A stretch of 46,602 nt of DNA from an uncultured Brevundimonas sp. (GCA_964456995.1 CAYWDO010000005.1:2813-49414); one strand, 5' to 3'; counted from the first letter of the stretch, positions 1 to 9,113 are shown. The notes: generated by a model not told the origin, from the sequence alone. Made by a program: numbers and translations.

Positions 1-538
1 CCGCGTATCGCGCCGTGACGCCGTCGGACTGGAAGTCGTGCTCGGCCAGTTTGTCTAGCGAGGCGATAACGCGGGCGATGAAGTCCTGAGGATGACCCTC
101 TTCGACGGCGGGGCGCAGCCAGTCGGTGACGACGGCGCGGGCCGGGTAGGTCCCGACCGGGCCGGGGACGCTGAGGGCCACCTCGACGCCTTCGGCGATC
201 CAGCCGGCGACCGTGGCGAAAAAGTCCATGCTCGCCAGGAAGTCGGAACGGCGCACGACATAGAGCGTGATCTCGCCGCGCTCGACGCCGTCGGGGCGGA
301 TGATGACGCCGCTGCGGTCAGGCCGCCAGTCGTCGGACAGTTCGACCGCGCGCCACAGACAGAACCAGACGCGGCAGGTCTCGGGACGGATTTCATGCAC
401 CGAACAGCCCGCGCCATCGACGCAATAGCCGCACAGTTCGCCGGTCGGCTTGGCCAGTTCGGGCAGGTTCAGCGGGATGACGCGGCAGCACTCGACGCAG
501 CCGCCGCAGGTCCGATCAGGCAGAAGAGGAAGGCTCAT
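1..538 (-). CDS. YkgJ/CxxCxxCC cysteine-cluster protein (runs off left edge, 3' partial)
   Basis: Not in the ORF track because there is no stop in the window. Manual translation from ATG 538 gives MSLPLLPDRTCGGCVECCRVIPLNLPELAKPTGELCGYCVDGAGCSVHEIRPETCRVWFCLW..., with the CxxCxxCC...C..C...C.....RP..CR...C pattern of this family. Confidence 0.8.
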   Translation of the reverse strand, partial: MSLPLLPDRTCGGCVECCRVIPLNLPELAKPTGELCGYCVDGAGCSVHEIRPETCRVWFCLWRAVELSDDWRPDRSGVIIRPDGVERGEITLYVVRRSDFLASMDFFATVAGWIAEGVEVALSVPGPVGTYPARAVVTDWLRPAVEEGHPQDFIARVIASLDKLAEHDFQSDGVTARYA

Positions 539-606
539 GACGCATGCCTTAGCGCATCGGGGGCGGAAAGCGCAGGCGTCCTCGGTTACGGGGTCTTGCG
601 CTCGTG

Positions 607-637
607 TCATTATGTAGAATACGTTTTGACATAATGA
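607..637. promoter_or_regulatory. Candidate operator (9-13-9 inverted repeat) between divergent genes
   Basis: TCATTATGT (607-615) and ACATAATGA (629-637) form a perfect inverted repeat in an AT-rich patch about 40 nt upstream of the likely pelA start. Confidence 0.5.
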
Positions 638-678
638 GAACGGCGCTCAAGCCGAAACGCAGTCGGGAAACGCATTCA

Positions 679-1986
679 GTGAGACACGTCTTCGCCATTT
701 CGTTCCTAGCCCTCGCCGCCGTGGGGGGCTCCGGCCTCTATTGCAATGACGCACGGGCCGAGGTCATCCGCGCCAACACGCCGGCGGTCGGCCTGACCAT
801 CGACCGGATCGGCGCCCTGCCGGATGCGGAGCGCGGCGCCTGGGCGGACTATCTGGCCCGGTCGCAGGCGGCGATGAAGGCGGACCGCGACGCCCTGGCC
901 GCCGAACTGCCCGCCGGCGTGGCCCCGCCCGCTCCGCCCCTGGCCATTCGCGGCAACAGCTCGCACATGCCGCTGGACCGTCCGGCTGAATGGTATGGCT
1001 CGGCCGAGGCCCGCGCGGTCGCCGATGCGGTGGTCAGTTTCCAGACTCCGGCCGGCGGCTGGAGCAAGAACCAGGACCGCAGCATCAAGCGCCTGCCCGG
1101 TCAGCGCTTCTCCAACGACGCCGAGACGATGGAGCAGAACCCGGCCAATTTCGACGCCCCCGCCGACCGGTTCTGGACCTTCGTCGGCACGCTCGACAAC
1201 AACGCCACCTGGACCGAGATGCGCTATCTGGCCAAGGTCGCGGCCCAGGCGCCGGGGCGTGAGGGCGACGCCTGGCGGGCCAGCGTGATCAAGGGCGTCC
1301 ACTATCTGCTGAACGCCCAGTATCCGAACGGCGGCTGGCCGCAGATCTGGCCGCTGGAAGGCGGCTTCCACGATTCCATCACCTTCAACGACAACGCCGT
1401 GGCCGAGGCCGCCATGGTGTTGCGCGATGTCGCCAACGGCGCCGAGGGCTTCGGCTTCGTGCCGCCGGAACTGGAAGCCCGCGCCGCCGAAGCCGTGAAG
1501 AAGGCCATCGACGTCACACTGGCCGCCCAGGTGCGCAAGGGCGATCAGCTTCAGGGCTGGCCGCAGCAGGTCGAGCCCATGCGTCTGGTCCCGACCAGCG
1601 CCCGCAACTATGAGCCGCGTTCGATCGCCAGCGGCGAGACCACGGACATCCTCGAGTTCCTGATGGCTGAGCCCGACCCCTCGCCGGAGGTCAAGGCGGC
1701 GATCCGGGGCGGCGTGGCCTGGCTGGAATCCGTTCGGGTCTATGACAAGTCGTTCGAGATGACGGATGACGGCCGCAAGCTGATCGACAAGCCGGGCGCT
1801 GGCCCGCTCTGGTCGCGCAACTATGATCTGGTCACTGGCCGCCCCATCTTCGGCGACAAGGACCAGACCATCCACGACGACGTCAACGGCATCTCGGTCG
1901 GCCGCCGCAACGGCTATTCGTGGTGGCTGGCGGCGCCCCAGCGCGCGCTGGACCTCTATGCGACCTGGTCGGCGAAGCATTCCTGA
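679..1986 (+). CDS. pelA: Secreted pectate lyase, PL10 (PelA) family
   Basis: ORF 604..1986; likely start GTG 679 ahead of a signal-like stretch. Motifs QTPAGGWSKN, GTLDNNATWTE, AQYPNGGWPQ, ITFNDNA, PTSARNYEP and RRNGYSW match PL10. Confidence 0.85.
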   Translation: MRHVFAISFLALAAVGGSGLYCNDARAEVIRANTPAVGLTIDRIGALPDAERGAWADYLARSQAAMKADRDALAAELPAGVAPPAPPLAIRGNSSHMPLDRPAEWYGSAEARAVADAVVSFQTPAGGWSKNQDRSIKRLPGQRFSNDAETMEQNPANFDAPADRFWTFVGTLDNNATWTEMRYLAKVAAQAPGREGDAWRASVIKGVHYLLNAQYPNGGWPQIWPLEGGFHDSITFNDNAVAEAAMVLRDVANGAEGFGFVPPELEARAAEAVKKAIDVTLAAQVRKGDQLQGWPQQVEPMRLVPTSARNYEPRSIASGETTDILEFLMAEPDPSPEVKAAIRGGVAWLESVRVYDKSFEMTDDGRKLIDKPGAGPLWSRNYDLVTGRPIFGDKDQTIHDDVNGISVGRRNGYSWWLAAPQRALDLYATWSAKHS

Positions 1987-2051
1987 CAGGCTACGCTACA
2001 AGGCCGTCGCTCAGGCTATGGAGCGGCGGTCTTGCTTGCATGGCGGTGAGG

Positions 2052-2780
2052 CTAGAACCAGAGACCGGCCGCCAGCCCGATGCCCGAGATGGCCATTCCG
2101 CCGAGGGTTCCGACCGAAGAGAGGCAGACCAGGATCACCAGGGCCTTGGCCACGCCAGGCCCGGATGACCGATACCAGCGCCCCCTTCCCATACGCAGGA
2201 AGGTGACGACGCCGGCCGCCAACATGGCGAGGGACGCCAGCAGGGCGAGCAACCCCTGACCGTAAAGGAACCAGGAGATCGGCAGGATCAGCAGGGTCCA
2301 GGCGTTTAGATAGGCGAAGCTGGCGCGGAACCCGCGACGCCAGCCCAGGTCCTCGGCGTCCCACCATCGAAAGAGGGGCGCGGTCACCAGCGCGTAGAGC
2401 GTCGCCAGGAAGGGCACCATGATCAGTGTCATCCAGTTGTCGGCGTCGGCCAGGAAAGCGTCGCGGCTCTTGCCTGAGGTCTCGATCAACGAGTTCAGCA
2501 TTTCGGCCGGCAACCCGGTGAGCATGTAGCTGGAGCCGCCGCTGAGGAAGAGCACCAGCATCAGGATGGCGTTGAGCGCCAGATAGAGGCGCAGAGGCCG
2601 CGTGTAGAGACCGCCGCCGGTCGGGCCCAGCGACATCCAGGTTTCGAGCGCCTGACGCGGGCGAACCAGCAGGTCGCGCGCGGTGCGCAGGTCCGCCGAG
2701 CCAAAGCCTAGCGTGTCTTCGGAAAGCTCGTCGACGGTCTGTGATCGCGTCGGCTTGGCCGACTGTTCCTGCTTGCTCAT
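2052..2780 (-). CDS. DUF3667-like membrane protein
   Basis: Several hydrophobic segments; motif LLVRP...YTRPLRLYLALN. Start ATG 2780 chosen. Confidence 0.6.
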   Translation of the reverse strand: MSKQEQSAKPTRSQTVDELSEDTLGFGSADLRTARDLLVRPRQALETWMSLGPTGGGLYTRPLRLYLALNAILMLVLFLSGGSSYMLTGLPAEMLNSLIETSGKSRDAFLADADNWMTLIMVPFLATLYALVTAPLFRWWDAEDLGWRRGFRASFAYLNAWTLLILPISWFLYGQGLLALLASLAMLAAGVVTFLRMGRGRWYRSSGPGVAKALVILVCLSSVGTLGGMAISGIGLAAGLWF

Positions 2781-2969
2781 GAAGACCCCCGTTACGTGCA
2801 GGTTGGATCGCATCGCGCCCGCCAGAGCGCAAGGCGTGTTCGCCGCTTCAACCGGGTCGTCGATCTATGAGGATGCGGTTGCAGCAGGGAAAGGCAAGCT
2901 TCACGCGCTGAACGGGCGTCACATCTCATCACCGCTGAATTCCGTAGAGAATCTGTCTAGGGTCGTTTG

Positions 2970-3926
2970 ATGCATGGGCGTTTCCCGATCCTCTATATCG
3001 CCGAGGCGGACGCTGAAGAGGCGGTCCTCTCGTCGGGGACGCTCGCCCATCTGGTCGAGGCCATCCCGCACGCCACCTTCACCGTTGTCGGTTCGCCGGC
3101 CAGCGCGCCTCTGTTCGCGGATACGCCGCGGCTGGAACGGCTGATCGTTCTGGACCGCGACGGGCGCTGGGACTGGATCGCCCTGTGGAACCAGGTGCGC
3201 GAGACCAACTGGGGTCTGGTGGTCGACATGCGCGGCTCGACCCTGTCGGGCAAGCTGCGGCGTCAGAAGCGGGCGGTGCGGGGCAAGATCCTGCCGGACG
3301 TCCATCTGGTCGAGCAGGCGGCGAGCGTGCTGCAACTGGACGAGATACCGGCCCCTAAGCTGTTCGTCGGGCGCGATACCCAGGAAGCCGCAGACGCCCT
3401 CATCCCGTCGGGCGAGGGGCCGATCCTGGCTATCGGGCCGGGCGTGGACTGGGTCGGCAAGCGCTGGCCGGCCGAGCGTTACGCCAAGGTGGCGGGACCG
3501 TTGCTGGCCGACGACGGGCCGCTGGCGGGCGGGCGGCTGATGATCGTCGGCGAAGACATCGACCGGGATTCCGCCCACACCATCCGCTTCGCCGTGGCGC
3601 GGCATCGGGTGATCGAACTGCAGGGCAAGCTGACGCGGCTGCAGACGGTCGCGGCCCTGTCGAAGGCCAGCTTCTATCTGGGCGCGGACTCGCTGTGGAC
3701 CCAGCTGGCGGTGGCGGCGGGTATTCCGGCGGTGGCCGTGTTCGGGCCGTCGGACGAGGCCCTGCGCCGTCCCTGGACCGGGGTGGCGGTGCGCGGCCCG
3801 CGCAGCTTGCAAGAGTTCCTCGACATGGACCCGCGCCTGAACCAGCACATCCAGCACATGATGGACCTGCCCTATGAGCGGGTGCTGAAGGCGTCGAAAA
3901 AGCTGCTGGCGCAACTGGCCGACTGA
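2970..3926 (+). CDS. Glycosyltransferase family 9 (heptosyltransferase-like)
   Basis: Motifs KRWPAERY, LQGKLTRLQTVAAL, LGADSLWTQLAVAAGIPAVAVFGPS. Confidence 0.85.
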   Translation: MHGRFPILYIAEADAEEAVLSSGTLAHLVEAIPHATFTVVGSPASAPLFADTPRLERLIVLDRDGRWDWIALWNQVRETNWGLVVDMRGSTLSGKLRRQKRAVRGKILPDVHLVEQAASVLQLDEIPAPKLFVGRDTQEAADALIPSGEGPILAIGPGVDWVGKRWPAERYAKVAGPLLADDGPLAGGRLMIVGEDIDRDSAHTIRFAVARHRVIELQGKLTRLQTVAALSKASFYLGADSLWTQLAVAAGIPAVAVFGPSDEALRRPWTGVAVRGPRSLQEFLDMDPRLNQHIQHMMDLPYERVLKASKKLLAQLAD

Positions 3927-3990
3927 GGCTTCGGGGGTTGTCCCGAGGGCGGCTGGACGCGCATAAGCGCCTCGACCTCAGGAGATGCCA

Positions 3991-5328
3991 ATGACCCAGA
4001 CCTATGACCTGATCGTGCGGAGCGGCGAAGTCGCCAACCATGCGGGACGCGGGCCGGCCGACGTCGGCGTCATTGACGGGCGCATCGCCTTCATCGGCGA
4101 CCTGTCCCAGGCGTCGGCGGGCGAGGTGTTCGACGCCACTGGCCTGACCGTCCTGCCGGGCGTCATCGACACCCAGGTCCACTTCCGCGAGCCGGGTCTG
4201 GAATGGAAGGAAGACCTTGAGACCGGCAGCCGCGCGGCGGCCCTGGGCGGCGTCGTCGCCGTGTTCGAGATGCCGAACACCAATCCCAACACCACCGACC
4301 CCGACACCATGGCCGACAAGCTGGTTCGGGCGAAGGACCGGATGTGGACCGACCACGCCTTCTATGTCGGCGGCACCCATGAGAACGCCGAGCATCTGGC
4401 CGATCTGGAGCGCCTGCCGGGCTGCTGCGGGGTCAAGGTCTTCATGGGCGCCTCGACCGGCGACCTGCTGATCGCCGACGACGAGGGGGTGAGGAAGGTG
4501 CTGTCGAACGTGCGCCGCCGCGCCACCTTCCACTCCGAGGACGAATACCGACTGGTCGAGCGCCGCAGTCTGGCCCGCACCGGCGACTGGACCAGCCACC
4601 CCGAGGTCCGCGACGCCGAGAGCGCCATCATGTCCACGCGCCGTCTGGTAGGGCTGGCGAAAGAGACCGGCGCTCGCATCCACGTCCTGCACGTCACGAC
4701 GAGGGATGAGATGGAGTTCCTGCGCTTCCATAAGGATGTCGCCACGGTCGAGATCACGCCCCAGCACCTGACCCTGGTGGCGCCCGAGGCCTATGAACGG
4801 CTGGGCGCCTATGCCCAGATGAACCCGCCGATCCGGTCGCAGGAGCACGTCGACGCCCTGTGGCTATGGGGGATGCAGCAGGGGGTGGCCGACGTGCTGG
4901 GCTCTGACCACGCCCCGCACACGAGGGAAGAAAAGTCCAAACCCTATCCGGCTTCGCCGTCGGGGATGCCGGGGGTGCAGACCCTGGTGCCGCTGATGCT
5001 GACGCACGTCGCCAATGGCCGCCTGTCGCTGGAACGCTTCATCGACCTGACCTCGGGCGGGGCGCAGCGGGTGTTCGGCACGGCCAACAAGGGGCGGATG
5101 GCCGTCAGCTATGACGCCGACCTGACCATCGTGGATCTGAAAGCCAAGAAGACCATCACCCATGATCAGCAGGCCAGCCGCTGCGGCTGGACCCCCTTCG
5201 ACGGCTTCGAGACGACGGGCTGGCCAGTGGCCACCATCGTGCGCGGCCGCGTGGTGATGAAGGACGGCGAACTGATCGGTCAGGCGCACGGCCAGCCGGT
5301 GCGGTTCCAGGAGACGCTGGCGGGGTGA
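3991..5328 (+). CDS. pyrC: Dihydroorotase (amidohydrolase superfamily)
   Basis: Motifs PGVIDTQVHFREPG, EMPNTNP, HVLHVTT, MNPPIR, GSDHAPH, PSGMPGVQ. AGGAG RBS at 3980-3984. Confidence 0.85.
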   Translation: MTQTYDLIVRSGEVANHAGRGPADVGVIDGRIAFIGDLSQASAGEVFDATGLTVLPGVIDTQVHFREPGLEWKEDLETGSRAAALGGVVAVFEMPNTNPNTTDPDTMADKLVRAKDRMWTDHAFYVGGTHENAEHLADLERLPGCCGVKVFMGASTGDLLIADDEGVRKVLSNVRRRATFHSEDEYRLVERRSLARTGDWTSHPEVRDAESAIMSTRRLVGLAKETGARIHVLHVTTRDEMEFLRFHKDVATVEITPQHLTLVAPEAYERLGAYAQMNPPIRSQEHVDALWLWGMQQGVADVLGSDHAPHTREEKSKPYPASPSGMPGVQTLVPLMLTHVANGRLSLERFIDLTSGGAQRVFGTANKGRMAVSYDADLTIVDLKAKKTITHDQQASRCGWTPFDGFETTGWPVATIVRGRVVMKDGELIGQAHGQPVRFQETLAG

Positions 5329-6059
5329 GCGGTTCCCGGCCTCAGCTTGGCCTGATCGGCTTGGGCGCCTTTGGGCGGCTGACGGCGCGGCATCTGTCGC
5401 CCTGGTTCGACATTCTCGCCTACGATCCGGCGGCGAGCGACGGCGAGGGGCTAGTGCGGCTGACGACGCTGGAGGAGGCGGCGGCCTGTCCGGTGGTGGT
5501 GCTGGCTGTGCCGGTCGGGGTTCTGGCCGAGACGGTTGAGGCCATCGCGCCGTCCGTGACGCCGGGCGCCCTGATCCTCGATGTCGGCTCGGTGAAGGTG
5601 AAGCCGGCCAAGGTCATGCTGGAGGGCCTGCCCGAGGGCGTGCAGATCGTCGGAACCCATCCCCTGTTCGGTCCCCAGAGCGGCAAGGACGGCATCGCGG
5701 GCCTGCGCATCGCCGTCTGTCCGGTGCGCGGCGACAAGGCCGCGTGGCGTGTGGCCGCCTTCTGTCGCAAGGCGCTGGGGCTGAAGGTCTTTGTCGTCAC
5801 GCCCGAGGATCACGACCGCGAGGCGGCGACGGTGCAGGGCCTGACCCACCTGATCGCCAAGGTCCTGCTGGCCATGGAGCCGCTGCCGACGCGGATGACC
5901 ACGACCAGCTTCGAGCGCGTCATGCAGGGCGTCGACATGGTCCGCCACGACAGCGCGGCCGTGTTCCGGGCCATCGAACACGACAACCCCTATGCCGCCG
6001 AAGTACGGCGGCGATTCTTCGACCTGGCCGAGCAGGCGAGGGCTGAACTGGACGGCTGA
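5325..6059 (+). CDS. Prephenate/arogenate dehydrogenase (stand-alone TyrA-like)
   Basis: Rossmann GLGAFG, plus DVGSVK, GTHPLFGP and HDREAATVQGLTH. GTGA overlap with pyrC. Confidence 0.8.
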   Translation: MSGSRPQLGLIGLGAFGRLTARHLSPWFDILAYDPAASDGEGLVRLTTLEEAAACPVVVLAVPVGVLAETVEAIAPSVTPGALILDVGSVKVKPAKVMLEGLPEGVQIVGTHPLFGPQSGKDGIAGLRIAVCPVRGDKAAWRVAAFCRKALGLKVFVVTPEDHDREAATVQGLTHLIAKVLLAMEPLPTRMTTTSFERVMQGVDMVRHDSAAVFRAIEHDNPYAAEVRRRFFDLAEQARAELDG

Positions 6060-6064
6060 GCCTT

Positions 6065-6211
6065 CCTTCTCCCCTTGCGGGAGAAGGTGGCAGGCGGAGC
6101 CTGACGGATGAGGGGTCTCTCAGAGGCTGGATGAAGGGCCGCGACTTGCCGTTGCGAAACCCCTCATCCGACCCGCTGGCGCGGGCCACCTTCTCCCGCA
6201 AGGGGAGAAGG
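6065..6211. repeat. RIME/CIR-like palindromic intergenic repeat
   Basis: 27-bp perfect inverted arms CCTTCTCCCCTTGCGGGAGAAGGTGGC (6065-6091) and GCCACCTTCTCCCGCAAGGGGAGAAGG (6185-6211), plus inner arms CGGATGAGGGG/CCCCTCATCCG. Fills the gap between convergent genes. Confidence 0.8.
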
Positions 6212-6214
6212 GAG

Positions 6215-7132
6215 CTACTTCAGCACGAAATCCGCCACCGCCTCGACCACGCCGGGGGCGAGCGGCAAGGCGGGGTCCATGTAGGTGGCGACATTGGCGG
6301 CGCGGTCGGCGGGCGCGGTCTTCAGCACATGGTTGACGCCGTCCCAGACGACGAGCGTGGCGCGGGGCTGGGCCGTCTTGATCGCCTCGGCGTCGGCTGC
6401 TGAGACCTGAATATCGGTGGTTCCCTGGCCGATGAAGATCGCGCCGTCGTAGGCGGCGGCCAGTTGGGCCGGGTCCAGCGCCAGCCAGGAGATGAGGTAG
6501 GGCTGGACGGAGGGGCGGAACATGGCGGCCAGTTCGGCGGGCGGGTCGGCCACGGCGCGGCCGGCCTCCAGCTCGCTCAGGACCGCATAGGCGCGGGTCT
6601 TCAACGGCTCGGGCAGAGGCGTCAGTTGTTCGCGCAGCACCACGCCCGCGGGGCGACCGGCGCCGGACAGCAGCACCAGGCCGCAGACCTTGTCATCGTC
6701 CTTGGCCGCTGTGGCCAGTGCGACCAGCGCCCCCTCGCTGTGGCCGATCAGCCAGGCGCAGGACTGGCCCGTCTTCGTCGCCGCCTCGGCGATCCAGGCG
6801 CGGGCGTCGTCTATGTTGGTGCTGAAGCGCAGGTCGGCCTCGGCCCCGCCCGCAGCGGCGCTCTGGCCTATGCCGCGCTTGTCGATGCGGATCGTGGCGA
6901 CGCCGCGTTCCGCCAGCCCCTCGGCCAGCAGGCGATAGGTCCCGGCGCGGACGCCGAACTGGGCGCTGTTCCCGTCGCGGTCGGTCGGGCCGGAGCCGGG
7001 CAGGATGACGGCGGCGGCGCGCGTCTGGCCCTCCGGCGTCAGCAGGGTTCCGTGCAGGGCGGCGGGCGCCGAGGCCAGCTCGACCGGCGTCGAAACGGGC
7101 GAGAGCAGGAGGGCGGCGGCGAGGGTCAGCAT
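6215..7132 (-). CDS. Exported alpha/beta hydrolase
   Basis: Signal-like N-terminus; GSGPTDRDGN, DKRGIGQS, nucleophile elbow GHSEG, QGTTDIQV and GVNHVLK. Confidence 0.85.
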   Translation of the reverse strand: MLTLAAALLLSPVSTPVELASAPAALHGTLLTPEGQTRAAAVILPGSGPTDRDGNSAQFGVRAGTYRLLAEGLAERGVATIRIDKRGIGQSAAAGGAEADLRFSTNIDDARAWIAEAATKTGQSCAWLIGHSEGALVALATAAKDDDKVCGLVLLSGAGRPAGVVLREQLTPLPEPLKTRAYAVLSELEAGRAVADPPAELAAMFRPSVQPYLISWLALDPAQLAAAYDGAIFIGQGTTDIQVSAADAEAIKTAQPRATLVVWDGVNHVLKTAPADRAANVATYMDPALPLAPGVVEAVADFVLK

Positions 7133-7162
7133 GGTCGTCTCCGTCGTGGGATTGCAGAAGAA

Positions 7163-7843
7163 TTAGAAGGGCTGGCGGTCGGGGTCGGCGCGCCAGACGC
7201 GCCAGCTTTCGAACACCGACCAACCGGCAGCGATCAGGACTCCGGCGATCAGCAGGCTGAAGCCCAGCGGCTGGGGCAAGACGGGGGCGGTGATCAGGCC
7301 GACGAGGCCCAGCCAGAAGAAGAGGCGGCCGGCCAGTCGGTTCGAGCGGTCCCAGGCCAGGCGGCTCTTGTAGTTCCAGGGCGTGCGGACGCCGATGACG
7401 GGGTTGGGCGCGATGCGGCCCATGAAGGCGCCCATGACCGCGAACAGCAGGCTCATCAGGGCGGCGGTCATGGCCATGGACACCCCCGGCTGCGCGGCGC
7501 CGCGTCCCAGGATCATCCAGACCATGAAGGCGCTGGTCCCGACGATGGCCAGGAGGGAGACCATCTGGCCGATCTCCAGACCGCGCCGTCGGGCGTCGTC
7601 GGGCGTGCGCTTGGCGTACCAGCTCATCGGCCCGGCGGTAATGGCCGCCATGACGGCCATGAAGGCGACGACGCCCGCCAGTTCGCTGCGATCGCCCCAG
7701 CGGTCGGGCTCGCCGTGAATGTCGAAATGCATGGGGACTGGCCCGGCGGGACCTGCGACCTGAACGCCGATGGCGACCGCGGCGAGGCCGACGACTGTCA
7801 AAGCGGTCAGGGCGTCAAGCACGGTGAAGCGGGTCTTGGTCAT
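7163..7843 (-). CDS. SdpI family membrane protein (DUF1648 + SdpI)
   Basis: Motifs VPMHFDIHGEPDRWG and PNPVIGVRTPW...WDRSNRLAGRLF; several TM segments. Confidence 0.85.
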   Translation of the reverse strand: MTKTRFTVLDALTALTVVGLAAVAIGVQVAGPAGPVPMHFDIHGEPDRWGDRSELAGVVAFMAVMAAITAGPMSWYAKRTPDDARRRGLEIGQMVSLLAIVGTSAFMVWMILGRGAAQPGVSMAMTAALMSLLFAVMGAFMGRIAPNPVIGVRTPWNYKSRLAWDRSNRLAGRLFFWLGLVGLITAPVLPQPLGFSLLIAGVLIAAGWSVFESWRVWRADPDRQPF

Positions 7844-8127
7844 TTCGGCGTCTCCTCCTCGTCCGTCTTGCCTGTTCCGCTGAGGTCCATGAGGAAGGCC
7901 AGGGCCTCCTCGACCGCCGAGATCTCCAGCCGATAGCGGATCGACTGGCCGTCGCGCTCGGGACTGACCAGGCCGGCCTCTTTCAGTGCGTTGAGGTGGC
8001 CGGTGATGGTCGGCCAGCTCATGTCGAAGGCGGCGGCGATGTCGCCGGAGGCCAGCGGTCCCGCCCTCAGCATGGCGATGATGCGTCGCCGCACCGGATG
8101 GGACAGGGCTTTGAACAGGCTGTTCAT
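7840..8127 (-). CDS. ArsR/SmtB family repressor, SdpR-like
   Basis: FKALSHPVRRRIIAML...ITGHLNALKEAGLV..ERDGQSIRYRL. ATGA overlap with the sdpI-like gene; ATG 8127 preferred. Confidence 0.85.
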   Translation of the reverse strand: MNSLFKALSHPVRRRIIAMLRAGPLASGDIAAAFDMSWPTITGHLNALKEAGLVSPERDGQSIRYRLEISAVEEALAFLMDLSGTGKTDEEETPK

Positions 8128-8141
8128 AGGGATAAGGATAA

Positions 8142-8157
8142 TTAGGACAACTCCTAA
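8142..8157. promoter_or_regulatory. Probable SdpR-like operator
   Basis: Palindrome TTAGGA-CAAC-TCCTAA about 15 nt upstream of the repressor ATG. Confidence 0.55.
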
Positions 8158-8198
8158 ATGCAATCTCTGTTTGGCGGGAGATGGGTGAGGCTCTTTCG

Positions 8199-8233
8199 GT
8201 CCCGGATAAGGGCTGCGCCCTTTCCGGGATGAC
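8199..8233. repeat. REP-like hairpin
   Basis: GTCCCGGATAAGGGC-TGC-GCCCTTTCCGGGATGAC; stems CCCGGA/TCCGGG and AAGGGC/GCCCTT with a GATGAC tail. Confidence 0.45.
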
Positions 8234-8286
8234 GGGGAAGGGGGAGCGGCCTATGCCTCAGACCGTTTCGAGTTGAGGAGAGGCCC

Positions 8287-9045
8287 ATGGACATCCGCGA
8301 TCAGATCGTTCTCATCACTGGCGGGGGGCGCGGCGTGGGCGCGGCGGCGGCGCGGGCCTTCGCCGGGCAGGGCGCGCGGGTCGTGGTCAACTGGCGGGCC
8401 AGCGGAGCGCAGGCGCAAGGCTTGGCGACCGAGTTGGGCGAGCGCGTGATCGCCCTTCAGGCCGATGTGACGGATCGGGCGGCCGTCGAGGCCATGGTCG
8501 CCCAAGCGCAGGCCCATTTCGGCGCGCCGATCAGCACCGTGGTCAACAACGCCCTGGACTACAGCTTCAACGGCGACGCGCGGGCGCAGATGGCCGATAT
8601 TCCGTGGGAGGACATGGCGCGTCAGTTCTCGACCGTGATCCGGGGGGCGCTGAACGTCATCCAGGCGACGGCGCCGGGCATGAGCGCGCAGAAGTTCGGC
8701 CGGGTGGTCAACATCGGCACCAACCTGTTCCAGAATCCGGTCGTGCCCTATCACGACTATACCGCCGCCAAGGCCGCGCTGCTCAGCCTGACGCGGACAG
8801 CGGCGGGCGATCTGGGCCCGTCCGGGATCACGGTCAACATGGTGTCAGGCGGCCTGCTGCGGACCACGGACGCCAGCGCGGCGACGCCCGACGCGGTGTT
8901 CGACCTGATCGCCGGCATGACGCCGCTGCGCTCGGTGACGACGCCGCAGGAGTTCGCGGATGCGGTGCTCTTCTTCGCCTCGCCGTGGAGCCGGGCGGTG
9001 ACGGGACAAAATCTTGTGGTCGATGGCGGTCTGGTTCGCGACTAG
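8287..9045 (+). CDS. Short-chain dehydrogenase/reductase (3-oxoacyl-ACP reductase-like)
   Basis: TGGGRGVG, VVNNA, catalytic YTAAK, VTGQNLVVDGG. GAGGAG RBS. Confidence 0.9.
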   Translation: MDIRDQIVLITGGGRGVGAAAARAFAGQGARVVVNWRASGAQAQGLATELGERVIALQADVTDRAAVEAMVAQAQAHFGAPISTVVNNALDYSFNGDARAQMADIPWEDMARQFSTVIRGALNVIQATAPGMSAQKFGRVVNIGTNLFQNPVVPYHDYTAAKAALLSLTRTAAGDLGPSGITVNMVSGGLLRTTDASAATPDAVFDLIAGMTPLRSVTTPQEFADAVLFFASPWSRAVTGQNLVVDGGLVRD

Positions 9046-9113
9046 CGAGTATGCTGCTCGCCGGACATCGGTGCGTCCATTTTCATGAGTCTCGGCAGAG
9101 AGGCGATGCGGTG

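Noticed and set aside
8128-8286. TPP riboswitch upstream of the SDR
   Set aside because: Conserved core sequences are absent; only a short REP-like hairpin is present.
8604-9113. N-terminal 170-aa extension of the cytochrome ORF
   Set aside because: It overlaps the SDR in another frame and is low-complexity Arg/Gly-rich; the lipoprotein signal starts at 9114.
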